Shown piece by piece: positions 55,558 to 64,000 of a DNA stretch of 64,000 bases. A program made the translations under genes and the position numbers. Each line of letters opens with the position of its first letter. The first letter of the stretch is position 1. This DNA is from Fidelibacterota bacterium (lineage in GTDB: Bacteria > Fidelibacterota > Marinisomatia > Marinisomatales > JAHJCW01). The stretch spans positions 10,506 to 74,505 of the forward strand of contig JBHPEE010000001.1 in NCBI GenBank assembly GCA_042577295.1, written 5' to 3'. The notes under the pieces are model-generated. The model saw only the letters and a program-made list of their open reading frames with translations, was not told the DNA's origin and searched no databases.

Positions 55558-55666
55558 TTATTTTTTGAACCTAGGATCACTATCGACCTGATTTCGAGAC
55601 CCTTTCATAAGGCTATATGCTATTAAAAGCCGCACTAAATAAGTAACAGAAAATAAGGAAAATCCA
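55558..55666 (-). pseudogene. Relic of the 3' end of a GT2 glycosyltransferase gene
   Basis: The minus-strand translation ...VTYLVRLLIAYSLMKGSRNQVDSDPRFKK* parallels the C-terminus of the intact GT2 gene (...PYLVRFFIAYSLMKGSRNPAEGMHKFQSM*). The 49-nt core 55595-55643 matches 57621-57669 at 44/49 nt. Confidence 0.55.
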
Positions 55667-57349
55667 TTAATTCTTTATAATATATTGATTAAATAACTTT
55701 ACTATTTCATCTTTATTAAATCGACGCTCAACGCCCAACCAAAATACATTGGATTTTCGTTCTTGGAATGCTTTGTCAGCCCATCCGCGAAATTGATCAT
55801 TTTTAATCTTTTCATGCTCATAATATAAATTAAAGATGAATCCTTTAAATTTATACCTCAAGTCTAAACGATATTCCAATTTCACTTCAGGCCAAAAATC
55901 TCGATTGCCCCAAATGTGTAGCCAAGGATATTCTGTTGGATTATATTCGTATTCTCTCTCTGGTATTTTATTATCAATAACTCCATGCCTTTCGTAATTG
56001 AAAGATGGAATGACGGTCAGTTTATCGCTCATATATCCAAAATATAAATATAAATCATCAGAATCGGGTCCGCTATGTGCGCCCCAATGCCTGCCATCAT
56101 ATCCCCAATAATCAAAATTCCATCTATCATACCAATCAGCGCTTTGACGATCATTCCAGTATTTGGTTTTCATCAAATTTGCATATTCTATACCACCGAC
56201 CAAATTGGGATTGTCGAAAAAACCGTATTTTCGTAAACCGATAACACTAGCTCCCGTATGATCCGGTTGTTTAATAAAATCATCCTTATTCCAAGCATGG
56301 TCATTTCTTCCGTATTCAATAAAAACCATTAATCCTACTTTTGGGAAAGTCATCGTTAGATAACCTACAAGAGTTTGATCCCAAATATCCACTGCACTAA
56401 GCGGATTTCCGGTACTATCTACTTTGTCTTCTAAATATATTGATTCGAATGGAATTAGCATGGCTTCTTTACGGGTTATATCTTCGGTAACACGGTTACC
56501 ACCAGTCAAGTAGGATCGTGAAAAACCAAGAGTAATGATAGGTTCAGAGTAATAAGTTATCGACGACGTAATTGCTGTAAAAAATGGTTTTGCATCATTA
56601 TATTTAAGAGAGTCGCCAAATATATATCGAAAATTAATTCCAAAGTCTTTTATACGCTGTTCCTTAATTGTGCCAATCACTAAATGAGGAAAACCGGTTG
56701 TATTGTTTGTCATGTTTAAACTAGTATGATAACCTGATCCCCACCACATATTTGCATTGGAATACCCAACCCCAAGTCCATTATAATGTAAATATAATTG
56801 CGCTTCACGAATACCGGTCTTACTATAACGGTCGTTGCCATGTGGTCGGTTGTCATTCAATTTAGAAAATTTTTGCTCACGAAAGGGTTGATCATATCTA
56901 AAATGATCCTTATATTTTTGATATTTAATAGAATCAGGTAAACTATTAAAAAAATCTTGCCAAGGTCCAGCATAGTCTTTGTTTTGATTTGTAAAATAAA
57001 ACGGTTCCAAGCTAAGTGATAAAAACTTATTTGTGTAAGCTAACTGTATCCCTTGAAAGAAAGACATTCCTTTACCGATCCATCTATCCGACGCATTTTC
57101 TAAATTAGGTACATTGTCATTATAAAATAATTCTGTGCGGAAACCAACAGACCAAGTGCCATATAATGTTGTATCGGCATGATTCAAAAAAGGTCTAATG
57201 AGCAAATTTTTGTAAGTATTGTTAGAAACAGTATACGATTTTTTCTCTTGTTCTAATAAGTAAAACGGATCAGCAGTAATAAATATTTGGGAATATAGAT
57301 TTGAGACGAAAAGAAACACAACTGTTGTAGCTATTATTTTTTTATACAT
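55667..57349 (-). CDS. Putative outer-membrane beta-barrel protein (possibly Wzi-like capsule-assembly protein)
   Basis: Signal peptide with G/Y/W/N-rich alternating composition, located inside a glycan locus. The family assignment is not verified. Confidence 0.45.
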   Translation of the reverse strand: MYKKIIATTVVFLFVSNLYSQIFITADPFYLLEQEKKSYTVSNNTYKNLLIRPFLNHADTTLYGTWSVGFRTELFYNDNVPNLENASDRWIGKGMSFFQGIQLAYTNKFLSLSLEPFYFTNQNKDYAGPWQDFFNSLPDSIKYQKYKDHFRYDQPFREQKFSKLNDNRPHGNDRYSKTGIREAQLYLHYNGLGVGYSNANMWWGSGYHTSLNMTNNTTGFPHLVIGTIKEQRIKDFGINFRYIFGDSLKYNDAKPFFTAITSSITYYSEPIITLGFSRSYLTGGNRVTEDITRKEAMLIPFESIYLEDKVDSTGNPLSAVDIWDQTLVGYLTMTFPKVGLMVFIEYGRNDHAWNKDDFIKQPDHTGASVIGLRKYGFFDNPNLVGGIEYANLMKTKYWNDRQSADWYDRWNFDYWGYDGRHWGAHSGPDSDDLYLYFGYMSDKLTVIPSFNYERHGVIDNKIPEREYEYNPTEYPWLHIWGNRDFWPEVKLEYRLDLRYKFKGFIFNLYYEHEKIKNDQFRGWADKAFQERKSNVFWLGVERRFNKDEIVKLFNQYIIKN

Positions 57350-57580
57350 TGCATTTATAGTCTTTAAGTTGGCTCGAAAATATTTTATTTATAAACATTA
57401 ATATTGCACAATAACTTACTAATTATTATAAATAATAAATAGGGATAAGAATTATATGTTGATTATATCTTTAGTTTATAAATAAACATAGAGACACATA
57501 TAGGGTCTATTTAATAAAATAAATATTCACTAAGGAATAATGCATAATATTATGAGTACACTAAATTAGTGTAATCATAA

Positions 57581-58513
57581 TTACATTGATTGGAATTTAT
57601 GCATTCCTTCTGCCGGGTTACGAGACCCTTTCATAAGACTATATGCTATGAAAAACCGTACTAAATATGGATTTGGAATCACAAGATAAATAATCTTAAC
57701 GATTGAATTAACCATTGGATTAAAAACTAATTTACCCTTAAGTGAATTTATCCAGTCACCCGCCAAATCTTCAGTATGGTCAGGATATCTTTCTAATAAT
57801 CTTAAGTAGTTTGTTTTACCGTAGTTTTCCATCTTTTCCTGCAATTCACTAAGTGGACGCTGATGATAATGTTCACCAACAGCTGTAGATAAGAATCTAA
57901 GTCCAAACGGGTGTTGATCCCACAAACGGATTGCAAAATCAGTGTCCTCTCCACCATAGCTCGTAATACTTTCGTCAAATATACCAACTTCATTTATGGC
58001 CTTTCTTTTAACGGTAGTATTATTTAATAGAAACCATTTAAATCGAATGGCCTTGTTTTCTCCATGTTTGAGCACACCTCTTGTTGGATTGTATAAAAAT
58101 TTATCTAAAGTATTTGGAATTAAAGATTCTGCTAATTTTATTCCCCCCATACAGGCCACTACTCCATCTTTTGATAATTCGCATATCATCTGTTTTGCCC
58201 AGTTTTTTTTAACAACCATATCACTATCAAGAAATCCGATAATTATAGATTTGCTTGCTTTTATTCCGCTGTTTCGTGCCGCAGAGAGACCCCTATTCCG
58301 AAAATGTTTAATTATCTTAACTTGGGTATTTTTATGATATTGCTCAATTATTTGACCCGTATTGTCAGTTGATTTATCATCAATGATAATAATAGATAAT
58401 TTGTTTTTCGGATAATCTTGCTCCAGAAGTGCGTTAATGCAACGTTCAACTACATGCTCTACGTTATAACAAGGGACTACTATTGATAATGTTGGAAATT
58501 CTGCTAAATCCAT
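57581..58513 (-). CDS. Family 2 glycosyltransferase
   Basis: LSIVVPCYNVEHVVERCINALLEQDY, IIIDDKSTD and the DSD (DxD) motif. Confidence 0.85.
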   Translation of the reverse strand: MDLAEFPTLSIVVPCYNVEHVVERCINALLEQDYPKNKLSIIIIDDKSTDNTGQIIEQYHKNTQVKIIKHFRNRGLSAARNSGIKASKSIIIGFLDSDMVVKKNWAKQMICELSKDGVVACMGGIKLAESLIPNTLDKFLYNPTRGVLKHGENKAIRFKWFLLNNTTVKRKAINEVGIFDESITSYGGEDTDFAIRLWDQHPFGLRFLSTAVGEHYHQRPLSELQEKMENYGKTNYLRLLERYPDHTEDLAGDWINSLKGKLVFNPMVNSIVKIIYLVIPNPYLVRFFIAYSLMKGSRNPAEGMHKFQSM

Positions 58514-59589
58514 TTTAGTTCTTCGTAATAACGATATAGTATTTTTGCTGTATTATGTAAATCATGATATTTTACTACCCATTCCCTACTTTTTCTTTTT
58601 AGCTCTGGTATTCGATCTCGATCCCGCACCAATTTTTTTAAAGTTATATATAATGTATCTCCTGTTACATTAACGAAAGGATGGTCGGAGATAAACTCCT
58701 CATATTTAGGAATCAATTCTGTTACACAAACCAATCCCATTGACATAGCCTCGACTGAATTCATACCATATCCCCAACCACCACGATTATGCACCTGGTC
58801 AATCAAAATATCACAACTTTGTTTAATTTTCATTGCTTCGGTAATTGATTTATTCTCAATAAGTATAAATTCAACATTTTCTTCTTCGGCAATTTTTTCA
58901 CATACTGGAATTATTGTATCACTACCTTTAAAATGGCGATTTGTAGGACTATGGCAAATCTTAATTTTATCATTTAACTCCTCACGAGGTTCGTATAAAC
59001 TTGTATCAAATGGTAAAAATAGATATTTAATATTCGGGTGTTTTTCCAATAAATCCAATTCGCTTGTTACGTTTAAATTGCTTACCCGGTCTACTCTTTC
59101 GATAACACCACGATTTCTTAAATCTTGTCCATGATAACTACACACTATGTGTTTACCCATTTCTGCCAATTTTGTAACAAAACGCCCATCTCGGTAAAAC
59201 TCCAAACCCCATTCGATATGATAAAGATCATATTTTAGCAAATCAAGTTCGTTGATCACTTTTTCTATCTTAAAATGCCATAACCAATCACGAAAGTGGA
59301 AATACTTTTTTTCTAAATATGAATTAGGTTTCCATACAGGCGGAAATCCTTCTTTCTCTTTATATGATCCCTCACTACCTTTATGATATTTATAATATTT
59401 ATGGCGAAATTTTATATAAAAAGAATTAGATGAAACCAGCGGTAGGTTTAAACAATATCCTGGATCATAATCATGCCTGGTAGGATAAAGTGTGATAAAA
59501 TCACACTGATTTCCAACCTTTTCATGAGCTTTTTTCCATAGACTTAATGTGCCTACTGTATTCTCGGGCGATATATATAGAACCTTCAA
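58504..59589 (-). CDS. GT-B-fold glycosyltransferase-like protein
   Basis: C-terminal half resembles GT1/GT4 (GGWGYGMNSVEAMSMGLVCVT). It overlaps both neighbours (10 nt and 4 nt). Confidence 0.55.
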   Translation of the reverse strand: MKVLYISPENTVGTLSLWKKAHEKVGNQCDFITLYPTRHDYDPGYCLNLPLVSSNSFYIKFRHKYYKYHKGSEGSYKEKEGFPPVWKPNSYLEKKYFHFRDWLWHFKIEKVINELDLLKYDLYHIEWGLEFYRDGRFVTKLAEMGKHIVCSYHGQDLRNRGVIERVDRVSNLNVTSELDLLEKHPNIKYLFLPFDTSLYEPREELNDKIKICHSPTNRHFKGSDTIIPVCEKIAEEENVEFILIENKSITEAMKIKQSCDILIDQVHNRGGWGYGMNSVEAMSMGLVCVTELIPKYEEFISDHPFVNVTGDTLYITLKKLVRDRDRIPELKRKSREWVVKYHDLHNTAKILYRYYEELKWI

Positions 59590-60689
59590 ATTACTACCTG
59601 ACTATAAACCTCGAATAAGGTTGGTTCAACATTATTCCAATTGTATTTTTCTTTTACCGCCCTAGAGCCCTCTTCACCCATACGCTTGCGCTTTTCATCA
59701 TTGACTAATATCTCCTCGATTGCCCTACTGAGAGCATCAACATCGCCCGGGTGATACAGCTCAATAAATTCCTCTCCATATTCTCTAATTGAATCCAAAT
59801 CACTGGCAATAATCGCGCAGCGTGCCCACATAGCTTCAAACATTTTTACCGGAATGGCAATTCTGAACATCGGGTAATCTCGAAATGGTATAATGGCAAT
59901 ATGTGCTTTAGTTAATACTTTAAGCATTTCGTCGTGCGGTTGATGACTATGAATTTTGACTATATCATCTAATTGTAAATAGCTAATATATCTATTAAGC
60001 TTATCTACAGTACCCGGCACTCTTTCAGAACCGTAAATTTCCACCTTAAATGACAATTCTTTCTTGATTAATGGCGGTATTGCGTTGATCAAATCTTCTA
60101 AACCTCTCTCTAATGATATTTGACCATGGTAAATTATTGTAGGAATTACTGACTTTTTATTTCTTCTAGGAAATGTAATAGGATAATTTGGAACAAATTC
60201 TGATTTAACTCCCCATTTTTCATATCGGTTCACTAAACCTGGGGTTGTTGTGATCACAAAATCAACTATTTTTAAAAACCTTTTTTCATATAGATTTAGA
60301 GTCTTATTAATTACTTGTTTTAGCACTTTTGGTTTTGACGAAAAAGTGTCCCATAATTCTATATTGGCTTCATGTACATCATATATTATTTTTGTGTTAT
60401 ATAATTTTTTAGCTTTTTTCGCTAGTGGCAATAATTCAAATTCATGAATATGAACAACTGACGGTTTAAGAATTTTAAAATCCTTTAATATTCCTTGTAT
60501 ATAATCTCTGATGGAAACATCTTTTTGGGAATAATTTCGATGCCATAAACTTTCTTCTGATAAACAACTTTCTCTTTCCCATCGCGTAAAGTACGTAATT
60601 TTGTATCCTGCTTTTAATAACGTCTTTATTTCACGCTCGTAAATTCTTTCATCGTCAGGACGATGACCACAGGTAACAACTGCTATCAT
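59586..60689 (-). CDS. Family 4 (GT1-clan) glycosyltransferase
   Basis: GT-B architecture with a C-terminal P.......FEAM...C.IIASD.....E motif region. Confidence 0.8.
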   Translation of the reverse strand: MIAVVTCGHRPDDERIYEREIKTLLKAGYKITYFTRWERESCLSEESLWHRNYSQKDVSIRDYIQGILKDFKILKPSVVHIHEFELLPLAKKAKKLYNTKIIYDVHEANIELWDTFSSKPKVLKQVINKTLNLYEKRFLKIVDFVITTTPGLVNRYEKWGVKSEFVPNYPITFPRRNKKSVIPTIIYHGQISLERGLEDLINAIPPLIKKELSFKVEIYGSERVPGTVDKLNRYISYLQLDDIVKIHSHQPHDEMLKVLTKAHIAIIPFRDYPMFRIAIPVKMFEAMWARCAIIASDLDSIREYGEEFIELYHPGDVDALSRAIEEILVNDEKRKRMGEEGSRAVKEKYNWNNVEPTLFEVYSQVVI

Positions 60690-62104
60690 GCTATCAAACT
60701 TTTGATTTTCTGTTTATCGGTATTTTCAGCAACTACTAAATACCATAAAACAAGATAAAGAAACGAAAGAACTATTCTTAGCGTAAAATTCAACGGTATA
60801 ACCACTACTATTATTAAATAAACAATTGGAAACAATATTCCGCGCCACGACTGTTGAATATTATAATATTTCTTATTATTTATCCAAATTGCAAAAGCCA
60901 TTCCAAAATAAGCAATTGCTTTTGCTGTAGCTGCACCAATAATTCCAAGCAAGGGAATTAGCAAAATACCAATAGTTACTGCTAGTATAGCGCCAATACT
61001 ACGAAATGCTGGAACCCACTTAGTACGATTTGTTATAAAAACACCGGGCAATTGTAATACGTAAATTCCAAATAAATAATAACCTAGAAGTAAAATCGGA
61101 ACTACCTGAGTCGATGTCCAATAATCTTCACCAAAGAATGATACTCCACCAACTTTAAATCGCACTATTGAATCAATCCACAATGAAATAAAAACAATAA
61201 AAAATCCCGAAATCCCTAAAAAGTATTTTGATATTTGTGAAAATGTTTGTTTTGCGTCATTATTTTTACCTTTTTTTAGAAAATATGGCGTCCATCCCAT
61301 ATTAAAACCCATTACAATCAGTAATCCAAATTTACCGAAATTATTTCCCGCCGAATACAGCCCTACGGCAGTCGTATCGGCTAGCCATTCCAAAAGATAA
61401 CGATCGGAAAGTTCCATAATCATTGCAAACAAAGCAGCCGGTAAGAACGGTATCCCAAATTTTATTACTACTTTTAAAGCATTTAAATTAACCGAATCAA
61501 TCTTAAAATTTTGAAATATTATTGGCATTGTAGCGAGTAATACTATAGCTGAAGCCAAAATATTGCCAACTAAGACACCTTCAATTCCCATTTTCAAAAA
61601 AACTACTAAATAGATATTTAGTCCCATTAATAATAGAACATTTATTAAACTGAAAAAGATAAATTGTCGTGGTTTTTCATTAGCACGTAATACTAACAAG
61701 GGCAGTTCACGAAGTGCATCTAGAAACAGAATGATGGCAACAAATTGCATAAGCGTTTTATATTCACCACCAAGAAATATAGGTGATAAAAAACTGGCAG
61801 TTACAAATACAATTCCTGAGAAGATTAAACTTGTGGCGGTTTGTGTGCTGAAAATAATAGTAAAGTATTTCTTTTTTTCATCTCCTTCAGCATCAATGTA
61901 AAATTTCATTAATGCTGTATCCATACCATAACGATAAAATACTATCACAAACCCTGTGAATGCATATGATAGAGAAACTACGCCATACTGCTCAGGTGTA
62001 AATACATTTGTATAGACAGGTAACAGTAAAAACGTCACAAGGCGCGTAAGGATTGTGCCAATACCGTATATCAGCGATTGTTTTCCTAGTATTCTAATAG
62101 ACAT
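60686..62104 (-). CDS. wzx: Polysaccharide/O-unit flippase (Wzx, MOP superfamily)
   Basis: 472 aa with about 12-14 TM helices. The N-terminal GIGTILTRLVTFLLLPVYTNVFTPEQYG is typical of Wzx-type polysaccharide biosynthesis proteins. Confidence 0.8.
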   Translation of the reverse strand: MSIRILGKQSLIYGIGTILTRLVTFLLLPVYTNVFTPEQYGVVSLSYAFTGFVIVFYRYGMDTALMKFYIDAEGDEKKKYFTIIFSTQTATSLIFSGIVFVTASFLSPIFLGGEYKTLMQFVAIILFLDALRELPLLVLRANEKPRQFIFFSLINVLLLMGLNIYLVVFLKMGIEGVLVGNILASAIVLLATMPIIFQNFKIDSVNLNALKVVIKFGIPFLPAALFAMIMELSDRYLLEWLADTTAVGLYSAGNNFGKFGLLIVMGFNMGWTPYFLKKGKNNDAKQTFSQISKYFLGISGFFIVFISLWIDSIVRFKVGGVSFFGEDYWTSTQVVPILLLGYYLFGIYVLQLPGVFITNRTKWVPAFRSIGAILAVTIGILLIPLLGIIGAATAKAIAYFGMAFAIWINNKKYYNIQQSWRGILFPIVYLIIVVVIPLNFTLRIVLSFLYLVLWYLVVAENTDKQKIKSLIA

Positions 62105-62136
62105 TATTATACATTGTGAATTGCTATGTTTCTATT

Positions 62137-62253
62137 TTAAAGGATTATTTCAAATGTGTCACGTAACATCCCGCTTGCGTCAATATTTTCCTTAAATCGG
62201 GCAAGACCAAAATTCCGGTCCTCCTTCACCATAAAATTCCGGAATCGAATACT
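62137..62253 (-). pseudogene. Possible relic of the C-terminus of a FemAB/GNAT-like gene
   Basis: The minus-strand frame reads SIRFRNFMVKEDRNFGLARFKENIDASGMLRDTFEIIL*. Its last 23 aa align 9/23 with the adjacent intact gene (SLIRFKEEFGSLGMIRKAFRKVF*), and both terminate at the aligned position. Confidence 0.35.
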
Positions 62254-62338
62254 TTAAAATCATTTTTAATGACCCAATCAAATATGAAATAGAATAACAA
62301 GTTTAACTCTCTTGTTTCTATATATTTTTCATACTGTG

Positions 62339-63358
62339 TTAAAATACCTTCCGGAAAGCTTTTCTAATCATGCCTAGTGAACCAAATTCTTCTTTGAACC
62401 GAATGAGTGATGGGGCTGGCGTCAAAGGGTTTTTTGCTTTTGGGTCTTGAGAAACCCCAAAATCCAAATAGGAAAAACCTCTTTTTTTTGCCCATTTTAT
62501 TGTTTCCATAATTTGCAGTGTTGCCGCTTGGGCTTGTATATAATCATAGTCTACCATGTTGTAAAAAATGATAGCAACTTTTTCATTAGCAATAAAATTT
62601 AGTGTACCACCTATAGGTTTCCCCTTTGAGTACATCATAAGAAGATGAAGTCTGTTTGGAAAAAGCTGCATTAATTTATTCAATTCTAAAAGAGAATGGG
62701 TAGGTTTTGAATTATGTCTTTTTTTATTGTTCAGAAGGATCGGGTAAAACTCATCAAAATTACTGTTCCACTCAGTTGTAATAGAGAACTCCTCGATGAT
62801 TTTTTTAAAGTATTTCTGCGATCTATGCTTTAGCCTACACACGTTTTTTATGATCTCATCATTGTCACGTATTAAAGGAATCACACTGGAAATATATATT
62901 TCATCTACAATATAATTGTTCCATAGCATAGCATATTCAAACGATTCGCTTTGGCGTGTATGATAAATCCATGGGGGAGGAATTAGAAATGTTTCTTGGA
63001 AATTCTGTTTCTGACAATATACCTCAAATGCTTTTAGAATTTCAGAAGCCAAGGTAAATGTTGGATCATCGGTTATAAACCCACCATAACTTGTCCCTGG
63101 GTGGGAAAACAATATCTTTTTCCCATTTTCTTCGATAATCGCAGCAGGAAAAACCGCTTTGATTTTTTCTCCTATTTTGCAAATGAGAGAGTGATCCATA
63201 AATTTTTTGTTAAGATGGTACGATAAAAATGCTCTAAGATGAAAAAGGGTTCCATTATTTGAATCTTTAACAAAAGAATCCCACTCTGCTTCGTCTTTTG
63301 TATAGTATCTGCTAATAACGATTTTCATAAATTTCTCTTTTCTACCAAATGCCTTCAC
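62339..63358 (-). CDS. FemAB-like / BioF2-like GNAT acyltransferase of glycan loci
   Basis: The W..FV....NGTLFHLRAFL N-terminus and a C-terminal GNAT-like half are typical of COG2348-type proteins in EPS loci. An alternative start lies at 63328. Confidence 0.55.
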   Translation of the reverse strand: MKAFGRKEKFMKIVISRYYTKDEAEWDSFVKDSNNGTLFHLRAFLSYHLNKKFMDHSLICKIGEKIKAVFPAAIIEENGKKILFSHPGTSYGGFITDDPTFTLASEILKAFEVYCQKQNFQETFLIPPPWIYHTRQSESFEYAMLWNNYIVDEIYISSVIPLIRDNDEIIKNVCRLKHRSQKYFKKIIEEFSITTEWNSNFDEFYPILLNNKKRHNSKPTHSLLELNKLMQLFPNRLHLLMMYSKGKPIGGTLNFIANEKVAIIFYNMVDYDYIQAQAATLQIMETIKWAKKRGFSYLDFGVSQDPKAKNPLTPAPSLIRFKEEFGSLGMIRKAFRKVF

Positions 63359-63480
63359 CTGAATTAGTCATTTTAAAAATATTAATAAATACTTCTCCTT
63401 GTCAAACTTTGAAAGTTAAGAGTGATTTAATCAATAATGAAACCTGTTTGTAACTCAGATATACCATATCTAATTTATAA

Positions 63481-64000
<520 letters not shown>

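Overview
Low-GC bacterial chromosomal window, about 60 genes, mostly core housekeeping. A Por/T9SS C-terminal sorting domain, an Oar-like TonB-dependent receptor, an M64 peptidase and a DGGGPS-like UbiA gene suggest an FCB-group organism (Ignavibacteriota/Bacteroidota-like); this placement is inference only. Confident calls include zupT (5' partial), a POT peptide transporter, gcvP, an ABC-F ATPase, mtaB, a patatin-like lipase, an ABC-2 exporter, ligA, pcm, pepP, dtd, dnaE, prmC, prfA, rpmE, an aspartate aminotransferase, pckA, rho, folC, murI, an Amidase_3 amidase and eno (3' partial). I found no rRNA or tRNA genes, CRISPR arrays, integrases or transposases. Four things deserve a second look. 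(1) A tightly coupled five-gene operon at 24.3-27.6 kb: a MerR-type regulator with a duplicated four-Cys module, an SQR-type flavoprotein, a DUF1641-like protein, a TusE/DsrC-like protein and a DsrE-like protein. It may be a sulfide/persulfide-sensing sulfur-relay system. (2) An orphan Cas6/RAMP-like protein with an exact GxGxxxxxGxG loop and a long Lys-rich tail just downstream of rho, with no CRISPR or cas context in the window. (3) A glycan/EPS locus at 55.4-63.4 kb carrying relics of gene 3' ends. A 49-nt, about 90% identical copy of the GT2 gene's 3' end brackets an outer-membrane-protein gene, and a FemAB-like C-terminal relic sits downstream of its intact paralogue. Both point to cassette exchange. 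(4) A frameshifted MGMT/Ogt gene broken at the active-site PCH motif. All functional calls rest on motifs read by eye from the translations; no database search was possible.
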